Shown: positions 18,377-28,185 of the stretch, piece after piece
Layout of the letters: each line of letters opens with the position of its first letter
Numbering within the stretch: the stretch's first letter is position 1
IMG/VR virus record: IMGVR_UViG_3300032322_001069
Location: 1 to 64,000 of that record
Reading direction: 5' to 3' (one strand)
Origin: a virus
Length of the DNA stretch: 64,000 nucleotides
Made by a program: the position numbers and the translations under genes
Notes under the pieces: model-generated
Databases searched by the model: none
What the model saw: only the letters and a program-made list of their open reading frames with translations
What the model was told of the DNA's origin: nothing

Positions 18377-20091
18377 TAGTTTTGTACCAGTTTGCTAAAA
18401 TTATTTTTCTTTTCTAGAGTAACCGTATTCTTGAACTTATCATGTAGTTGATCTGTCTTGTGGCTGATTACAAAGACATTACACCCCTTCTTCAGGCCGT
18501 TGAGCAACTTCATAAGTTCATCGGTTCCGATAGAATCCAGCGAAGAATCAAATACTTCGTCAAGGATGAGTAGGTTGCAGTGAAGACTGTTCTTCATTCT
18601 TGCAACTTCTCGCCATGCTAGGAGTAGAGAAATGTCGATTCTCATCTTTTCTCCTTCACTGAAACTCAAATACGAAAATTCGTCACGATGCCTGCTTTCA
18701 ATCTTTTCGTTAAATTCACCGTCAAGATTGAACTTCACAAAGAATCCCATGTTACTGAGATTCTTATTCACTAACTTATTTATAATCGGAAGATAGTGAT
18801 TTATAATCTTTCCCTTGATTCCACTATCTTTCAAGAGATCTACTACAAGTTCGTGGTCATTTTGCTGTTTTTCGAGAGAGATCAAAGCAGTTTCTTTTAT
18901 TTTTTTCTCAATTTTAACAGATTCTAACTGTTCTTTTGTAGAAGCTATCTGATCTTCGTTGACCGAATGCTTATCAGCCTCATATCCTGCCTTTACCTTT
19001 TCTAGACTAGCTACTTCTCGTTCAAGTGACTTGACCTCTCTAACAAGCTCTTTGATTCGTTCTTGGACTTCTTTGCTCTTGGTTAGAATATCGTTATGCC
19101 AAGCTATTGAATTAATAATCTCTTCTGCATTGATTCCTAGTTTGGTTAGTCTATTCTTCTTGGTTGAAACAATAGAACATTTATGGGATTCTTCAATGGC
19201 TTGCTTACAAGTTGGGCAAGTCTCATTATTATTAAAGAATTCTAGTTCTTCATTTATGGTATTGATACTAACAGTAAGATCGGCTTTTTTTTCTCTTAAG
19301 AGAGCCAAATCTTCGTCTGTAATCTTAAATTGTTCTAGCTTTTTGCCTTCTTGAAGGATCTCTTTATTTAAAAGCTTAATCTTTCTTTTAGATCCATCAA
19401 TCTCTTCAGTCGCCTCTTTGATTTTATTATCCAACACCTCAAGGCTCTTCTCCATATTGGACTGTAAATTTTTGAGATTAGTTTCATACAGTTTTATCTT
19501 TTCGTCTATAACTCTTTGGTCAAGCTTATTAATCTTAATGCTTTCCCTTATCTGTGAAAGCTTGCCCTTTAGGATCAAGTTCATTGACGAGAAGACATCA
19601 ATATCTAGGATTGTTTCAATAACCTGGCGGCGATCAGCTGGGGGTAATTCCATGAAAGGAACGAACGAAGACTTACCAAGAATGATGACTTGCATGAAAG
19701 TCTTTCTGTTCATCTTGAGTATCTGATTCTCAAGCATGTCTTGGTAATCTTTGGTCTTGGCTGCTTGCTCTATCATCTCCCCGTTCTTATAGATCTCAAA
19801 GACCTTCGGGGCAAGACCGCGCCGAATCATGTACTCGGTTTTGTTAATCTCAAACTCTAGTTCAACAAGGCACTTGCCTTTGTTTACGCTATTTACAAGT
19901 TGCGGTATGTTAATGTTTCTAAAAGGATTGCCGAAGAGGGCAAATGTAATTGCATCAAGAAACGCAAACGACTTACCGTTTCCGTTTGATCCGCTGACAA
20001 GCGTACTCTGACTCTTCTGAAAATCAATCTCAGAAAAAGTGTTTCCGAATGAGCCAAAATTCTTGAATTTAATCTTTTTGAAGTTAATCAT
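18376..20091 (-). CDS. gp46: Recombination endonuclease ATPase subunit (Rad50/SbcC-like)
   Basis: GSNGNGKS, CPTC zinc hook, FSEGEK, LDEVFD. Confidence 0.97.
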   Translation of the reverse strand: MINFKKIKFKNFGSFGNTFSEIDFQKSQSTLVSGSNGNGKSFAFLDAITFALFGNPFRNINIPQLVNSVNKGKCLVELEFEINKTEYMIRRGLAPKVFEIYKNGEMIEQAAKTKDYQDMLENQILKMNRKTFMQVIILGKSSFVPFMELPPADRRQVIETILDIDVFSSMNLILKGKLSQIRESIKINKLDQRVIDEKIKLYETNLKNLQSNMEKSLEVLDNKIKEATEEIDGSKRKIKLLNKEILQEGKKLEQFKITDEDLALLREKKADLTVSINTINEELEFFNNNETCPTCKQAIEESHKCSIVSTKKNRLTKLGINAEEIINSIAWHNDILTKSKEVQERIKELVREVKSLEREVASLEKVKAGYEADKHSVNEDQIASTKEQLESVKIEKKIKETALISLEKQQNDHELVVDLLKDSGIKGKIINHYLPIINKLVNKNLSNMGFFVKFNLDGEFNEKIESRHRDEFSYLSFSEGEKMRIDISLLLAWREVARMKNSLHCNLLILDEVFDSSLDSIGTDELMKLLNGLKKGCNVFVISHKTDQLHDKFKNTVTLEKKNNFSKLVQN

Positions 20092-21136
20092 CTATGGTAA
20101 GGGATTCTTGATAAAGATCTTTAATGATGTTCTTGATATCGTCCTTGTTCGTGATCTCAGATAGATCGTCTATCTCTTTGCAGATCATCGTTATTGTATC
20201 CATATTCATATCAATATCAATAGACGAATAATTCATTTCAATTTCTTCATCCACCACAGTTACATCATATGGCTTGGCTTCGTTTAGCTTTGTCATGAAC
20301 TTTTCGTAAAAGACTGGCTTGTTTCTTCTCTGAACAATCAGTCTTACATACTTATCCTTGAAACTCGGAAAGTCAAGTTTCTCAAGATCTTCTGGAAGAG
20401 AATCATCATAAACGATTCTATGAAATAGCTCTTCTGTATTCTGTACAAATTCTAGATCTCTGGTCTTTGTGTCAAAGATATGAAATCCTTTTCGCTCGTT
20501 GACATCAGTGAATCCCATTTGATACTGAGTGCCAAGATATTCAATGTTCTTATGTCTTGATTTTAAGTGGAAATGTCCCGACATAACAGTTTCAAACTTA
20601 TTGAACATTTCTCTCTGAAGTCCGCTGTCGTGATATACTCCACGAAGAACTTCAAATCCAACGATCTCAAAGTGGCCTAATAGTATATGAGCCTTTGTGT
20701 TCTTTATAAATTCAACACAGGCATCCATATTATCTTCGCACATCCAAGGAACAGCACCGACAGAAACATCTGGATAGATAAGTTCCTTTGGCTCATTCAC
20801 CACTTCAATATGAAAATACTTTTCTAGAAGTTCCTGTGGAGAATTTGTCTTATTCGTATTTCTGAAATAGGTGTCATGATTGCCAATGATAATCTTCATT
20901 GACATGCCCATCTTTTCCATAGGCTCAATGACCCTAGTACGAACTTGATTCAGCGTATTAAAATTAACATACTTACGACGATCAAAGAAATCACCAAGAT
21001 GAATGATCTCTTCTATATTATTCTTCTGACAATACGGGAAAAATTGCCTTTCAAAGAACTGAATAAAATGTTCTAATAGAACTGGAGAATCGTTCTTTGC
21101 GCCGAAATGTGTATCGTTAATTATTGCAATTTTCAT
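20084..21136 (-). CDS. gp47: Recombination endonuclease nuclease subunit (Mre11/SbcD-like)
   Basis: DTHFG, GDFFD, GNHD, SGHFH. Confidence 0.97.
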   Translation of the reverse strand: MKIAIINDTHFGAKNDSPVLLEHFIQFFERQFFPYCQKNNIEEIIHLGDFFDRRKYVNFNTLNQVRTRVIEPMEKMGMSMKIIIGNHDTYFRNTNKTNSPQELLEKYFHIEVVNEPKELIYPDVSVGAVPWMCEDNMDACVEFIKNTKAHILLGHFEIVGFEVLRGVYHDSGLQREMFNKFETVMSGHFHLKSRHKNIEYLGTQYQMGFTDVNERKGFHIFDTKTRDLEFVQNTEELFHRIVYDDSLPEDLEKLDFPSFKDKYVRLIVQRRNKPVFYEKFMTKLNEAKPYDVTVVDEEIEMNYSSIDIDMNMDTITMICKEIDDLSEITNKDDIKNIIKDLYQESLTIDD

Positions 21137-21726
21137 TTGCGATTTTTTAGTTTCTTTTTCTTCTTTTTATCGTCAGTAAAACGATTTACATCGTTTTCCG
21201 TAAGATTAAAAATTTCTCTGAAACTGGCTGAACTATCTTTTGCAAAATAATTTTCTTTGAACCATCGATGAAATTTTTCATCGGCATTGTCTTCCATTAT
21301 CTTATACTTGATATAAGACTGCTTCTTTTCCTTTTCTATGCGTCTTAGAAAGGCAAAGTATATGATTTGGGTAAAATAAGAAAAGGGATTTTTTGATTTT
21401 TCTGGATCAAAATTATGAGCATACATCAAACAATTTTCTACCCCATCACCCACCATCTCTTCCCTATAGGGGTAATTCATAAAATTTGGTCTATAAGAAA
21501 GATGCTCTGCTATCTTTAAAAAAGATTCTGCTATGTAATTTGAAACTGGAGGCTTTTTTCTTCCAGATTCTTCGGCTGTATTATATTTTTTTTTCCATTT
21601 TATCATCTCAGCCAAAAATTCTTTATTATCCACATAGTGGGATGTTTCTTCCTCTTCTTCTACTATGGGTATTAAATCTGGCTCTATTATGTCATCAGAT
21701 TCTTCTATTTTTTTCTTTTTTCTCAT
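21133..21726 (-). CDS. gp55: Late-transcription sigma factor
   Basis: HYVDNKEF, RPNFMNY, NFDPEKSKNPFSYFTQI..AFLRRI; ATG 21726. Confidence 0.97.
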   Translation of the reverse strand: MRKKKKIEESDDIIEPDLIPIVEEEEETSHYVDNKEFLAEMIKWKKKYNTAEESGRKKPPVSNYIAESFLKIAEHLSYRPNFMNYPYREEMVGDGVENCLMYAHNFDPEKSKNPFSYFTQIIYFAFLRRIEKEKKQSYIKYKIMEDNADEKFHRWFKENYFAKDSSASFREIFNLTENDVNRFTDDKKKKKKLKNRK

Positions 21727-21732
21727 TGCCAA

Positions 21733-21760
21733 ATAATATCATAATTCCAGAAAAAATCAA
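21733..21760 (-). promoter_or_regulatory. Sigma70-like promoter for gp55
   Basis: TTGATT-N16-TATTAT, 6 nt before the ATG. Confidence 0.55.
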
Positions 21761-21789
21761 TTGACAAAATTGGGGTTTATCGATACACT
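21761..21789 (+). promoter_or_regulatory. Divergent sigma70-like promoter with no downstream plus-strand gene
   Basis: TTGACA-N17-TACACT. Confidence 0.6.
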
Positions 21790-21831
21790 TCGCTGTGTAG
21801 GCGATCAACAAGGGAATTTATAACTAATTAG

Positions 21832-22548
21832 TTACTCTTTAGTATCATCAGATATATCATCGATATACTTACGAGGGTCATCAGGGAAGTCTTCTAAATT
21901 AATTCCCTTTCTCTTCATCTTTTCTTTTTCTTTTTCTGATATAAATTCCATCTCGGGAATAAGTTCTTCCATTTCATCATCTTCTTCTGGAAGACCCATA
22001 AACGCATCAAAATCTAAAAGACCATTTTCTAAAAGTTCTTCAAAGAGATTTGGTGGTATAGAGAAGAACATTCCAACAGTATTTGCAGAATTTCCAAAAG
22101 GAAATGGCATTGTTGGTAGTTTAGAAGGAGTATCTTTTGATTTTTCTATGTCTTGCCCAGGTTCTCCACCCATCAAATCCTTAAGCATTTGATTTAAAGT
22201 ATCTTCATCAGAAAGAATCTCATCAATTTGCTTTTGAGCTTCTTCTACTGCTTTTTTTGTTTTATCTTCTTTACGGATACTATTTTGATATAGAGTAACT
22301 GTGCTATCGCTTGGTTTTAGAATAGTAGCAATATGATCTTTTGGAATATCTACTTCTTCTGCTTCAGTAAATTCTAACCAATTTCTTAAAACTGTAATTT
22401 CTCTTGTAACTCCAAATGTATCATAAGTCATATGAGACTTAATAACCATTGGGCGAAGAACATGAATCATAGATTCATTCTCTCCAGCTAGCAGACATAA
22501 CACTTCTTCCCCACTTCTCAGCTTGAGTAATCTGCAAGTAGTTTCCAT
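21832..22548 (-). CDS. Conserved T4-like hypothetical protein downstream of uvsW (Sm-like N-domain, acidic tail)
   Basis: LLKLRSGEEVL...WLEFT...IPKDHI; synteny uvsW-x-gp55. Confidence 0.8.
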   Translation of the reverse strand: METTCRLLKLRSGEEVLCLLAGENESMIHVLRPMVIKSHMTYDTFGVTREITVLRNWLEFTEAEEVDIPKDHIATILKPSDSTVTLYQNSIRKEDKTKKAVEEAQKQIDEILSDEDTLNQMLKDLMGGEPGQDIEKSKDTPSKLPTMPFPFGNSANTVGMFFSIPPNLFEELLENGLLDFDAFMGLPEEDDEMEELIPEMEFISEKEKEKMKRKGINLEDFPDDPRKYIDDISDDTKE

Positions 22549-22564
22549 ATGACTATTTATCTCC

Positions 22565-24037
22565 TCAAAGATCTATAGGAACCAAATTAAAAGAAAAAGA
22601 TTCGCTCTCGTAAATTTTTATTCGCTCAAGAAAATGATTGAATGCATGATTTCGATATTTCTTGTGTCTCAAATCATCAACCAAATCAAAGACCATTACA
22701 CGATCTTTTGTTTCCGACATTCTTAAACCACGACCGATAGATTGAAGAACACGCACAACTGATTTTGACGGATGAAGAAATACAATGTTGTGAATGTTCT
22801 TGATATTTATGCCAGTGCTGCAAGTTCCATAAGAAGCAACAAGAATAGAATTTTCTGACTTATCCACAATCTTACGAATCTCTTCTCTATCTTCAGCATC
22901 AGTCATTCCAGAAATAAAGTAACACTTCTTATCTGTGCAAGTTTTTTGTATTGATTCGAAGAATGGAAGACCATGCTTCTGAACTTGCGAGAATAGAACT
23001 AAAGTATTTCCTTTGAGAGAAGCGCAAAGTTTTTCTGCAACTTTATTTCTTCTCTCATGTGATATAATGTAATCTATTTCTTCTTGATATGTTTTCTTCT
23101 TCATGCTATCGCATTCTTCTTTTGCGTACTTCAATTGAATGCAATTGATATCAAGATTAGAAAGCACTTTATTATCGATTAGATCTTTTGTGCTTGTAAC
23201 ACGAATCGGTGGGCCAAATAGTCCTTCAAGAACTAGTTTATGTACCTGGATATTATCAAGCGTTCCTGTAGTCCCAATGCGAACATGACAGTTTCTGAGC
23301 TTATTCATTAGGCGAACAAGCGACTTAGCCTTGAATAGATGACATTCATCGCCAATAACAGCATCATATTCGGCAAAGAATTTTTCTGGAAGATCATAAA
23401 CACTTTGCCATGTGGATATTGCTATGGGCTTTGTAGTTTCCTTGTCTTTACCAGCATAGATGATATGAATGTTCTTATCTGCATTCCAGTCTTTGCCAGA
23501 GTATTCAATAAAGTCTGAACGCATCTGGTGAACTAGACTTGTGGTAGGAACAAGGACAAGAATCTTCTTATTCTTGCTTAGAAGATATCTTAGTATCGTG
23601 TAGATGATAAGAGACTTGCCGCTACCAGTTGGAGATATTAGTAGGCTACGCTTATGATCAAGAGCCATCTCCACCGCCCTCTGCTGATAGTCTCTGAGCT
23701 TGATTTGGCCAGAATCTGAGTATAGAGGTAGAGCATCAATAAAAGACTTATAATCTTCAAAAAATTCTTCCTTAAAGTTTTCAAACTTGCAATCATAATG
23801 TCTGTCAAGACAAAACTGAACAATTTTGTTTCTTAGACCAGTATAGATCTTGCGAGTGAAGTAATTGAATAGGCGAATTTGACCATCCCATATTCTACGC
23901 TTGAATGCTGGGGAATATTGCGAATTAGGAACTTTGAATGTGAAGTAATCGGATAGCTCTTTTGCTACTGAATTTTCGCAATGAACTTTGATGAATGTAC
24001 CATCTATTTTTTCTATTTTTACTTCTTCATTGGCCAT
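22565..24037 (-). CDS. uvsW: UvsW SF2 RNA-DNA/DNA helicase
   Basis: WDGQIRLF, SPTGSGKS, DECH, TTGT, QSIGRGLR. Confidence 0.97.
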   Translation of the reverse strand: MANEEVKIEKIDGTFIKVHCENSVAKELSDYFTFKVPNSQYSPAFKRRIWDGQIRLFNYFTRKIYTGLRNKIVQFCLDRHYDCKFENFKEEFFEDYKSFIDALPLYSDSGQIKLRDYQQRAVEMALDHKRSLLISPTGSGKSLIIYTILRYLLSKNKKILVLVPTTSLVHQMRSDFIEYSGKDWNADKNIHIIYAGKDKETTKPIAISTWQSVYDLPEKFFAEYDAVIGDECHLFKAKSLVRLMNKLRNCHVRIGTTGTLDNIQVHKLVLEGLFGPPIRVTSTKDLIDNKVLSNLDINCIQLKYAKEECDSMKKKTYQEEIDYIISHERRNKVAEKLCASLKGNTLVLFSQVQKHGLPFFESIQKTCTDKKCYFISGMTDAEDREEIRKIVDKSENSILVASYGTCSTGINIKNIHNIVFLHPSKSVVRVLQSIGRGLRMSETKDRVMVFDLVDDLRHKKYRNHAFNHFLERIKIYESESFSFNLVPIDL

Positions 24038-24461
24038 GACTGAACTTGATCCACTCAATCGCTGAACGAATATTCCATTGTCTATTTGCGACTATCTTTA
24101 CTACTCCGTCCAAGTAACTGACTAATTCTTTCTTTTCTGTGATCTGACGCTCAAGTTTGATAACATCATCATCTGCGTCAATAAACTTATCAACATCTGT
24201 TTTCAGAATATTTAGGTCAAATGGCTCCCACTTAAATTGGTCTAGCTCCTCTTTAGAGAGCTTTCCTGTATAATAGAGCCACTTGTACTTCTTCATCACG
24301 CGAAGGGTTCTCTCGTCCTCTGCAAGGGCTTCCTTGTGCTTCTTAAGGAAGAGTAGATACTTGTTATGGATCTGTGGAGTGTTTACAGATTCAATGGCAA
24401 GTTCTGTGGAATCTATCTTGAGATCTTCTTGTACTTGTTGTTTTAATTCATCAAAATTCAT
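24027..24461 (-). CDS. uvsY: Recombination mediator UvsY
   Basis: DLKID, LYYTGK, RQWNIRSAIEW. Confidence 0.95.
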   Translation of the reverse strand: MNFDELKQQVQEDLKIDSTELAIESVNTPQIHNKYLLFLKKHKEALAEDERTLRVMKKYKWLYYTGKLSKEELDQFKWEPFDLNILKTDVDKFIDADDDVIKLERQITEKKELVSYLDGVVKIVANRQWNIRSAIEWIKFSHGQ

Positions 24462-24490
24462 AATTTAAGTATACACAATAGTAAATAAAA

Positions 24491-25000
24491 TCAACTAGTT
24501 ATATTGCCTGGATCTGGTTCAAATCTGTAATAAGTATAGGAAAAAGTTGCAGTCGCTATTTGCGGCTGATAAGAAGCAGCTGTAGATGTAAATCTAAGGC
24601 CAGAAAGAGCTATAGGAAAAATTTCTTGAAATATAACCTTCAAGTTATCTTTATATGTTCCTTTTGTGATGTGAAGAGTAGCAGTTGTCATCCATCTAGA
24701 AAATGGTAATGAGTTATTTGTACAATCACTATCAATATTTCCCAAATGACGCATCCATTTATAAATTTCTAACCAATTATTCATAGTTTCATCAACCAAA
24801 AAAGAAATTTGAAGATTGTCGAATTTATATGCGCCTATTGGTCTTTTTATGGGGATACCAAGAGTTGTTGGCTGATCTTGATCGGCCATAGTAAGATTTG
24901 GTAAAGCCACTTCTTGAACATTGTAAATAATATTTGGAATTCTTGCCAATTCAAAATGAAAGAAATTCTGACCAAGATTGGAAATATTATTACCAGGCAT
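24491..25000 (-). CDS. gp3: Tail tube terminator / tail completion protein
   Basis: LQISFLVDETMNNWLEIYKWM, FPIALSGL.F; synteny gp23-gp3-uvsY. Confidence 0.85.
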   Translation of the reverse strand: MPGNNISNLGQNFFHFELARIPNIIYNVQEVALPNLTMADQDQPTTLGIPIKRPIGAYKFDNLQISFLVDETMNNWLEIYKWMRHLGNIDSDCTNNSLPFSRWMTTATLHITKGTYKDNLKVIFQEIFPIALSGLRFTSTAASYQPQIATATFSYTYYRFEPDPGNITS

Positions 25001-25011
25001 ATACTATGTAG

Positions 25012-25043
25012 AAAAGAAAACGGGAGCCATTTCTGGCTCCCGT
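25012..25043 (-). terminator. Rho-independent terminator after gp23
   Basis: ACGGGAGCCA-GAAA-TGGCTCCCGT then TTTCTTTT. Confidence 0.9.
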
Positions 25044-25070
25044 CCCCGAAGTCTTAGATACTACTACTTA

Positions 25071-26495
25071 TCAGTTGGTGTTGCCGTGGAGGTTGGTAAC
25101 ACGGAAGATACGGTAGTACTGGTTGGTATTTCCTGTCATTGCTTCTCCGTCTGGAGTTCCACCAGCGTTGAGAACGAACGGATTGGCGACCATGCCGTAG
25201 CGGGTCTTGAAGCCGATCTTGGGCTGGAAGGTATCAGGATCGACTGCACGGACCATCTGGAGTGGGACATAGGGGCAGTAGAAGAGGCCAGCGTCGTATG
25301 GGCTTGCACCACGGTAGCCGACGCAAACGAAATCTACACCAGACTGGACATAAGGATCGATATAAACGCGCATCTTGCCATTGAGTACGCCAGCAAAGGT
25401 ATTGCCAGTGTCATCAATTTCAAGCTGGTTGTTTAGAGCGGGGCTGATGTTTAGCCATCCACCCATTGCTAGAGCTGAAGCAACATCTGACGAGCAGATG
25501 ATGAAGTTGCCCTTGCCACGACGAGTTTCCTTGGCGATCTGGTTGGCTTCGCGTTCGATCTGGAACATGAGGCCACGGAAGCGTTCAGCTGACCAACGAC
25601 CGTCTGAGTCGGTTAGGAGGTCATACACGCCACCACCGAAGGTGGTTGACGATAGATCACTCTGCTTTGCGCCGAGCTTGGAAACATGGTAGATGCCACG
25701 AACGACTTCGCGGTTGATTTCAGCAAGGATTTCCGTGCTGAGAATGTTGGCGAGTTCGGTTTCAGCATCAAGTCCGTGAACAGCCTTGAGGTCCTGAGCA
25801 AGTTCAGTGGTGTAATCGGCCTTTAGAGCGCGAGTCTTAGCCTGAACAGCAACCTTGTCGATAGTAAAGGCCATTTCACCGAACTGCTTTCCACCAGCAC
25901 TTCCGAGTGATTCAGCATCACCAACTAGCATACCCTTGAAGTTATCTCCATAGAAGCTTGAAGTTGTTGTGCTAGCACCTCTTGTTGCACCAGTAGTACC
26001 GCCGAATAGAGTTAGACCGTAATCAGCAGAACCGCCGAAGTAAGATGGATAAAGAGTACCACCAGCAGTACCACCTGATCCACCGAACGGGACAAAGGGT
26101 TCTTGATACATTGCTTCTTTGCGTTCTGAAGCAATACCTGGATCGTACTTGGGACGCATTGCAAAGATGAGTCCGGTTGGAGCGGTCATGGGCTGAACGC
26201 CGCAGATGTCGTAAGCAATGAGGTTTGGCATTGCGCGACGAACGAGGCTGATTAGGATTGGGTCATAACCAGCGATTGAGGTTGAAGCTGGGCTAGCAAC
26301 ATTGCTGATGACTCCACCGAGGGTGGTGTCTTCGGTTAGTCTCTGAGCACGCATGGCCTGCTCTTGGTTCTCAAGAAGAACAGCAGTTACCTTGGTCTTG
26401 TAAGTATCTTCGATGGAAGGAAGAGCATCATGCTTGAGCACTGGCTCCCACTTCTCAGTTAAAATGTCGTATGGTGTTGTATCGTCAAAATTCAT
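25071..26495 (-). CDS. gp23: Major capsid protein
   Basis: LVRRAMPNLIAYDICGVQPM, ELAQDLKAVHGLDAE, FQPKIGFKTRYG. Confidence 0.99.
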   Translation of the reverse strand: MNFDDTTPYDILTEKWEPVLKHDALPSIEDTYKTKVTAVLLENQEQAMRAQRLTEDTTLGGVISNVASPASTSIAGYDPILISLVRRAMPNLIAYDICGVQPMTAPTGLIFAMRPKYDPGIASERKEAMYQEPFVPFGGSGGTAGGTLYPSYFGGSADYGLTLFGGTTGATRGASTTTSSFYGDNFKGMLVGDAESLGSAGGKQFGEMAFTIDKVAVQAKTRALKADYTTELAQDLKAVHGLDAETELANILSTEILAEINREVVRGIYHVSKLGAKQSDLSSTTFGGGVYDLLTDSDGRWSAERFRGLMFQIEREANQIAKETRRGKGNFIICSSDVASALAMGGWLNISPALNNQLEIDDTGNTFAGVLNGKMRVYIDPYVQSGVDFVCVGYRGASPYDAGLFYCPYVPLQMVRAVDPDTFQPKIGFKTRYGMVANPFVLNAGGTPDGEAMTGNTNQYYRIFRVTNLHGNTN

Positions 26496-26514
26496 TTGTA
26501 TCTCCTAGTAATTT

Positions 26515-26522
26515 TATTTATA
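26515..26522 (-). promoter_or_regulatory. T4-type late promoter of gp23
   Basis: TATAAATA followed by AGGAG SD. Confidence 0.85.
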
Positions 26523-26526
26523 ATCC

Positions 26527-27495
26527 TTATTTCTTTAAGTGTCTACTCAAGGCTCTGCTATAGACATTCATGACACCTTCTGTAAGTGTTTCAGGCTCAC
26601 TTGAGGTATCAAGAATATCTAAAACGCGGGGTTGTTGTCTAAAGGAAGATGCTTGAATTGCTGGCTGCTGAGGAGCTGCAAAATAGCTTTCCTTTAGAAT
26701 TTGTAATTTGTTACGGAATTGCTCTGGATTTTCGTAGTCAAGACCTTCAGCAAGTGAAGCAAGCTTCTCAACCTGAGTTGCGGCTAAACCGTGTGTTTCC
26801 TGAGCAAAGATATTAATTGCGTGTGATTCAAGCAAGTTCTTACGAAGTTTAACATTTTCATTGATGGCTTTGTTAAGCTCATTGTTGCTTTCTTCAATCT
26901 GAGTGTATAGTTCGTCAAGAACATCGTACTTCTCATCAGGAACATCGATGAAATTGCTTTCAAAGAGTTTCTTTAGACCAAAGATGAAGTTTTCAGCGAG
27001 TTCGATCTTGATGCCGCGCTCAACCTGAAGCTTGTTCTGATCAACCCATTCTTCTACAACATAGGTTAGATAATCATCAACCTTTTCAGTTAGTTCTGAA
27101 ACGGTTGTCTGAAGAGCATTGCTGTATTCGACCTGATAGTGTTCAGATAGTTGAGTGCCGATTTCACGGGCCTTCTCATTGACGGCAGCAACAAAGATTG
27201 TCTTTGCCTTCTCAACGAAATCTTCAGATAGATTTAGATTGGCAAATAGAGCTGCTAAATGTTCCTTTAGTGCTTCCTCTGCGCCTTCTTCTTCCTCTTC
27301 TTCTCCTTGTTGAGCAGCTGGCATAGCACCAGGCATTCCAGCAGCTGGAATCTTTGGTGTTGCGATTGTGCTCATATTGATTTGAGCTAATCCTTCAGCT
27401 GGAGGATAAGCAGTTCCTAATACGAAGCTCTTTCCTTCTGCATCGAAAGAACCTTTTCCTTCAAAATCATGTTCAATTTGTGTACCTTGTGGCAT
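26527..27495 (-). CDS. gp22: Prohead core scaffold protein
   Basis: LSEDFVEKAKTIF.AAV, VDDYLTYVVEEW, LKESYF. Confidence 0.95.
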   Translation of the reverse strand: MPQGTQIEHDFEGKGSFDAEGKSFVLGTAYPPAEGLAQINMSTIATPKIPAAGMPGAMPAAQQGEEEEEEGAEEALKEHLAALFANLNLSEDFVEKAKTIFVAAVNEKAREIGTQLSEHYQVEYSNALQTTVSELTEKVDDYLTYVVEEWVDQNKLQVERGIKIELAENFIFGLKKLFESNFIDVPDEKYDVLDELYTQIEESNNELNKAINENVKLRKNLLESHAINIFAQETHGLAATQVEKLASLAEGLDYENPEQFRNKLQILKESYFAAPQQPAIQASSFRQQPRVLDILDTSSEPETLTEGVMNVYSRALSRHLKK

Positions 27496-27512
27496 ATAGT
27501 TTTCTCCGTTTG

Positions 27513-27520
27513 TATTTATA
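27513..27520 (-). promoter_or_regulatory. T4-type late promoter of gp22
   Basis: TATAAATA followed by GGAG SD. Confidence 0.85.
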
Positions 27521-27522
27521 AA

Positions 27523-28185
27523 TTATTGTTCAGCAGCTCCAATGCCTTTTAAGTAATTGGAGATGTTTGCTCTTCTTAATTGAGCATTTCCGATAGAGGC
27601 AATTGTTCCTAAAGTTGGAACCATTATTGGTTTTAATAAAGCACTTAAAGATGCTTTTTTGATTTCAGATCCAATATTACCTAAAATTCCTTTAGGTCTT
27701 TCTTTTTTTTCTCCTCCCGTGGCAGCACCAGCCAAAGCACCAGTTACAGCTGCCGCACCAGCATTCTCATGTAGAGGATTTGGAAGTCCTGCTGCTTTTA
27801 TGGCTTGTGCATGATGCATATCAGCATTATCAGGATCATTTATCGCATTTTCTAAATGTGCTCTAACGATTGGATTATTTCCAGAATGATATTCTGAATG
27901 TTGTGGATTGAGAACTTTATCACTTAATGCTTTAATAGTAGCATCGTGCTGACTTCTCTTTACTCCCGAAACTCTTGCTTGTTCTTGTCTGCCTGCTTCT
28001 ATCTGTGCTTGTTGATTTTTATAAGCAGATCCTCGTCTAAGAGCCATATTAGCAAGACCAAGAATAGGATTACTTTCTGGATTATTTAATTGTGTTGGCA
28101 TTTGAAATCCAAAAAGCCCCTCATTCAAGACTTGGCTTGATACTAGGTTTAATTGTCTTTCTTGTTTTGCCGATAATTTCTTCAT
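27523..28185 (-). CDS. Hypothetical protein between gp21 and gp22 (possible internal head protein)
   Basis: Full ORF coupled to gp21; LxE-type sites (VLNE, PLHE). Confidence 0.65.
   Translation of the reverse strand: MKKLSAKQERQLNLVSSQVLNEGLFGFQMPTQLNNPESNPILGLANMALRRGSAYKNQQAQIEAGRQEQARVSGVKRSQHDATIKALSDKVLNPQHSEYHSGNNPIVRAHLENAINDPDNADMHHAQAIKAAGLPNPLHENAGAAAVTGALAGAATGGEKKERPKGILGNIGSEIKKASLSALLKPIMVPTLGTIASIGNAQLRRANISNYLKGIGAAEQ

Noticed and set aside
24978-25801. Plus-strand and alternate-frame ORFs over gp23
   Set aside because: Codon-bias shadows of a highly expressed gene; no SD or motifs
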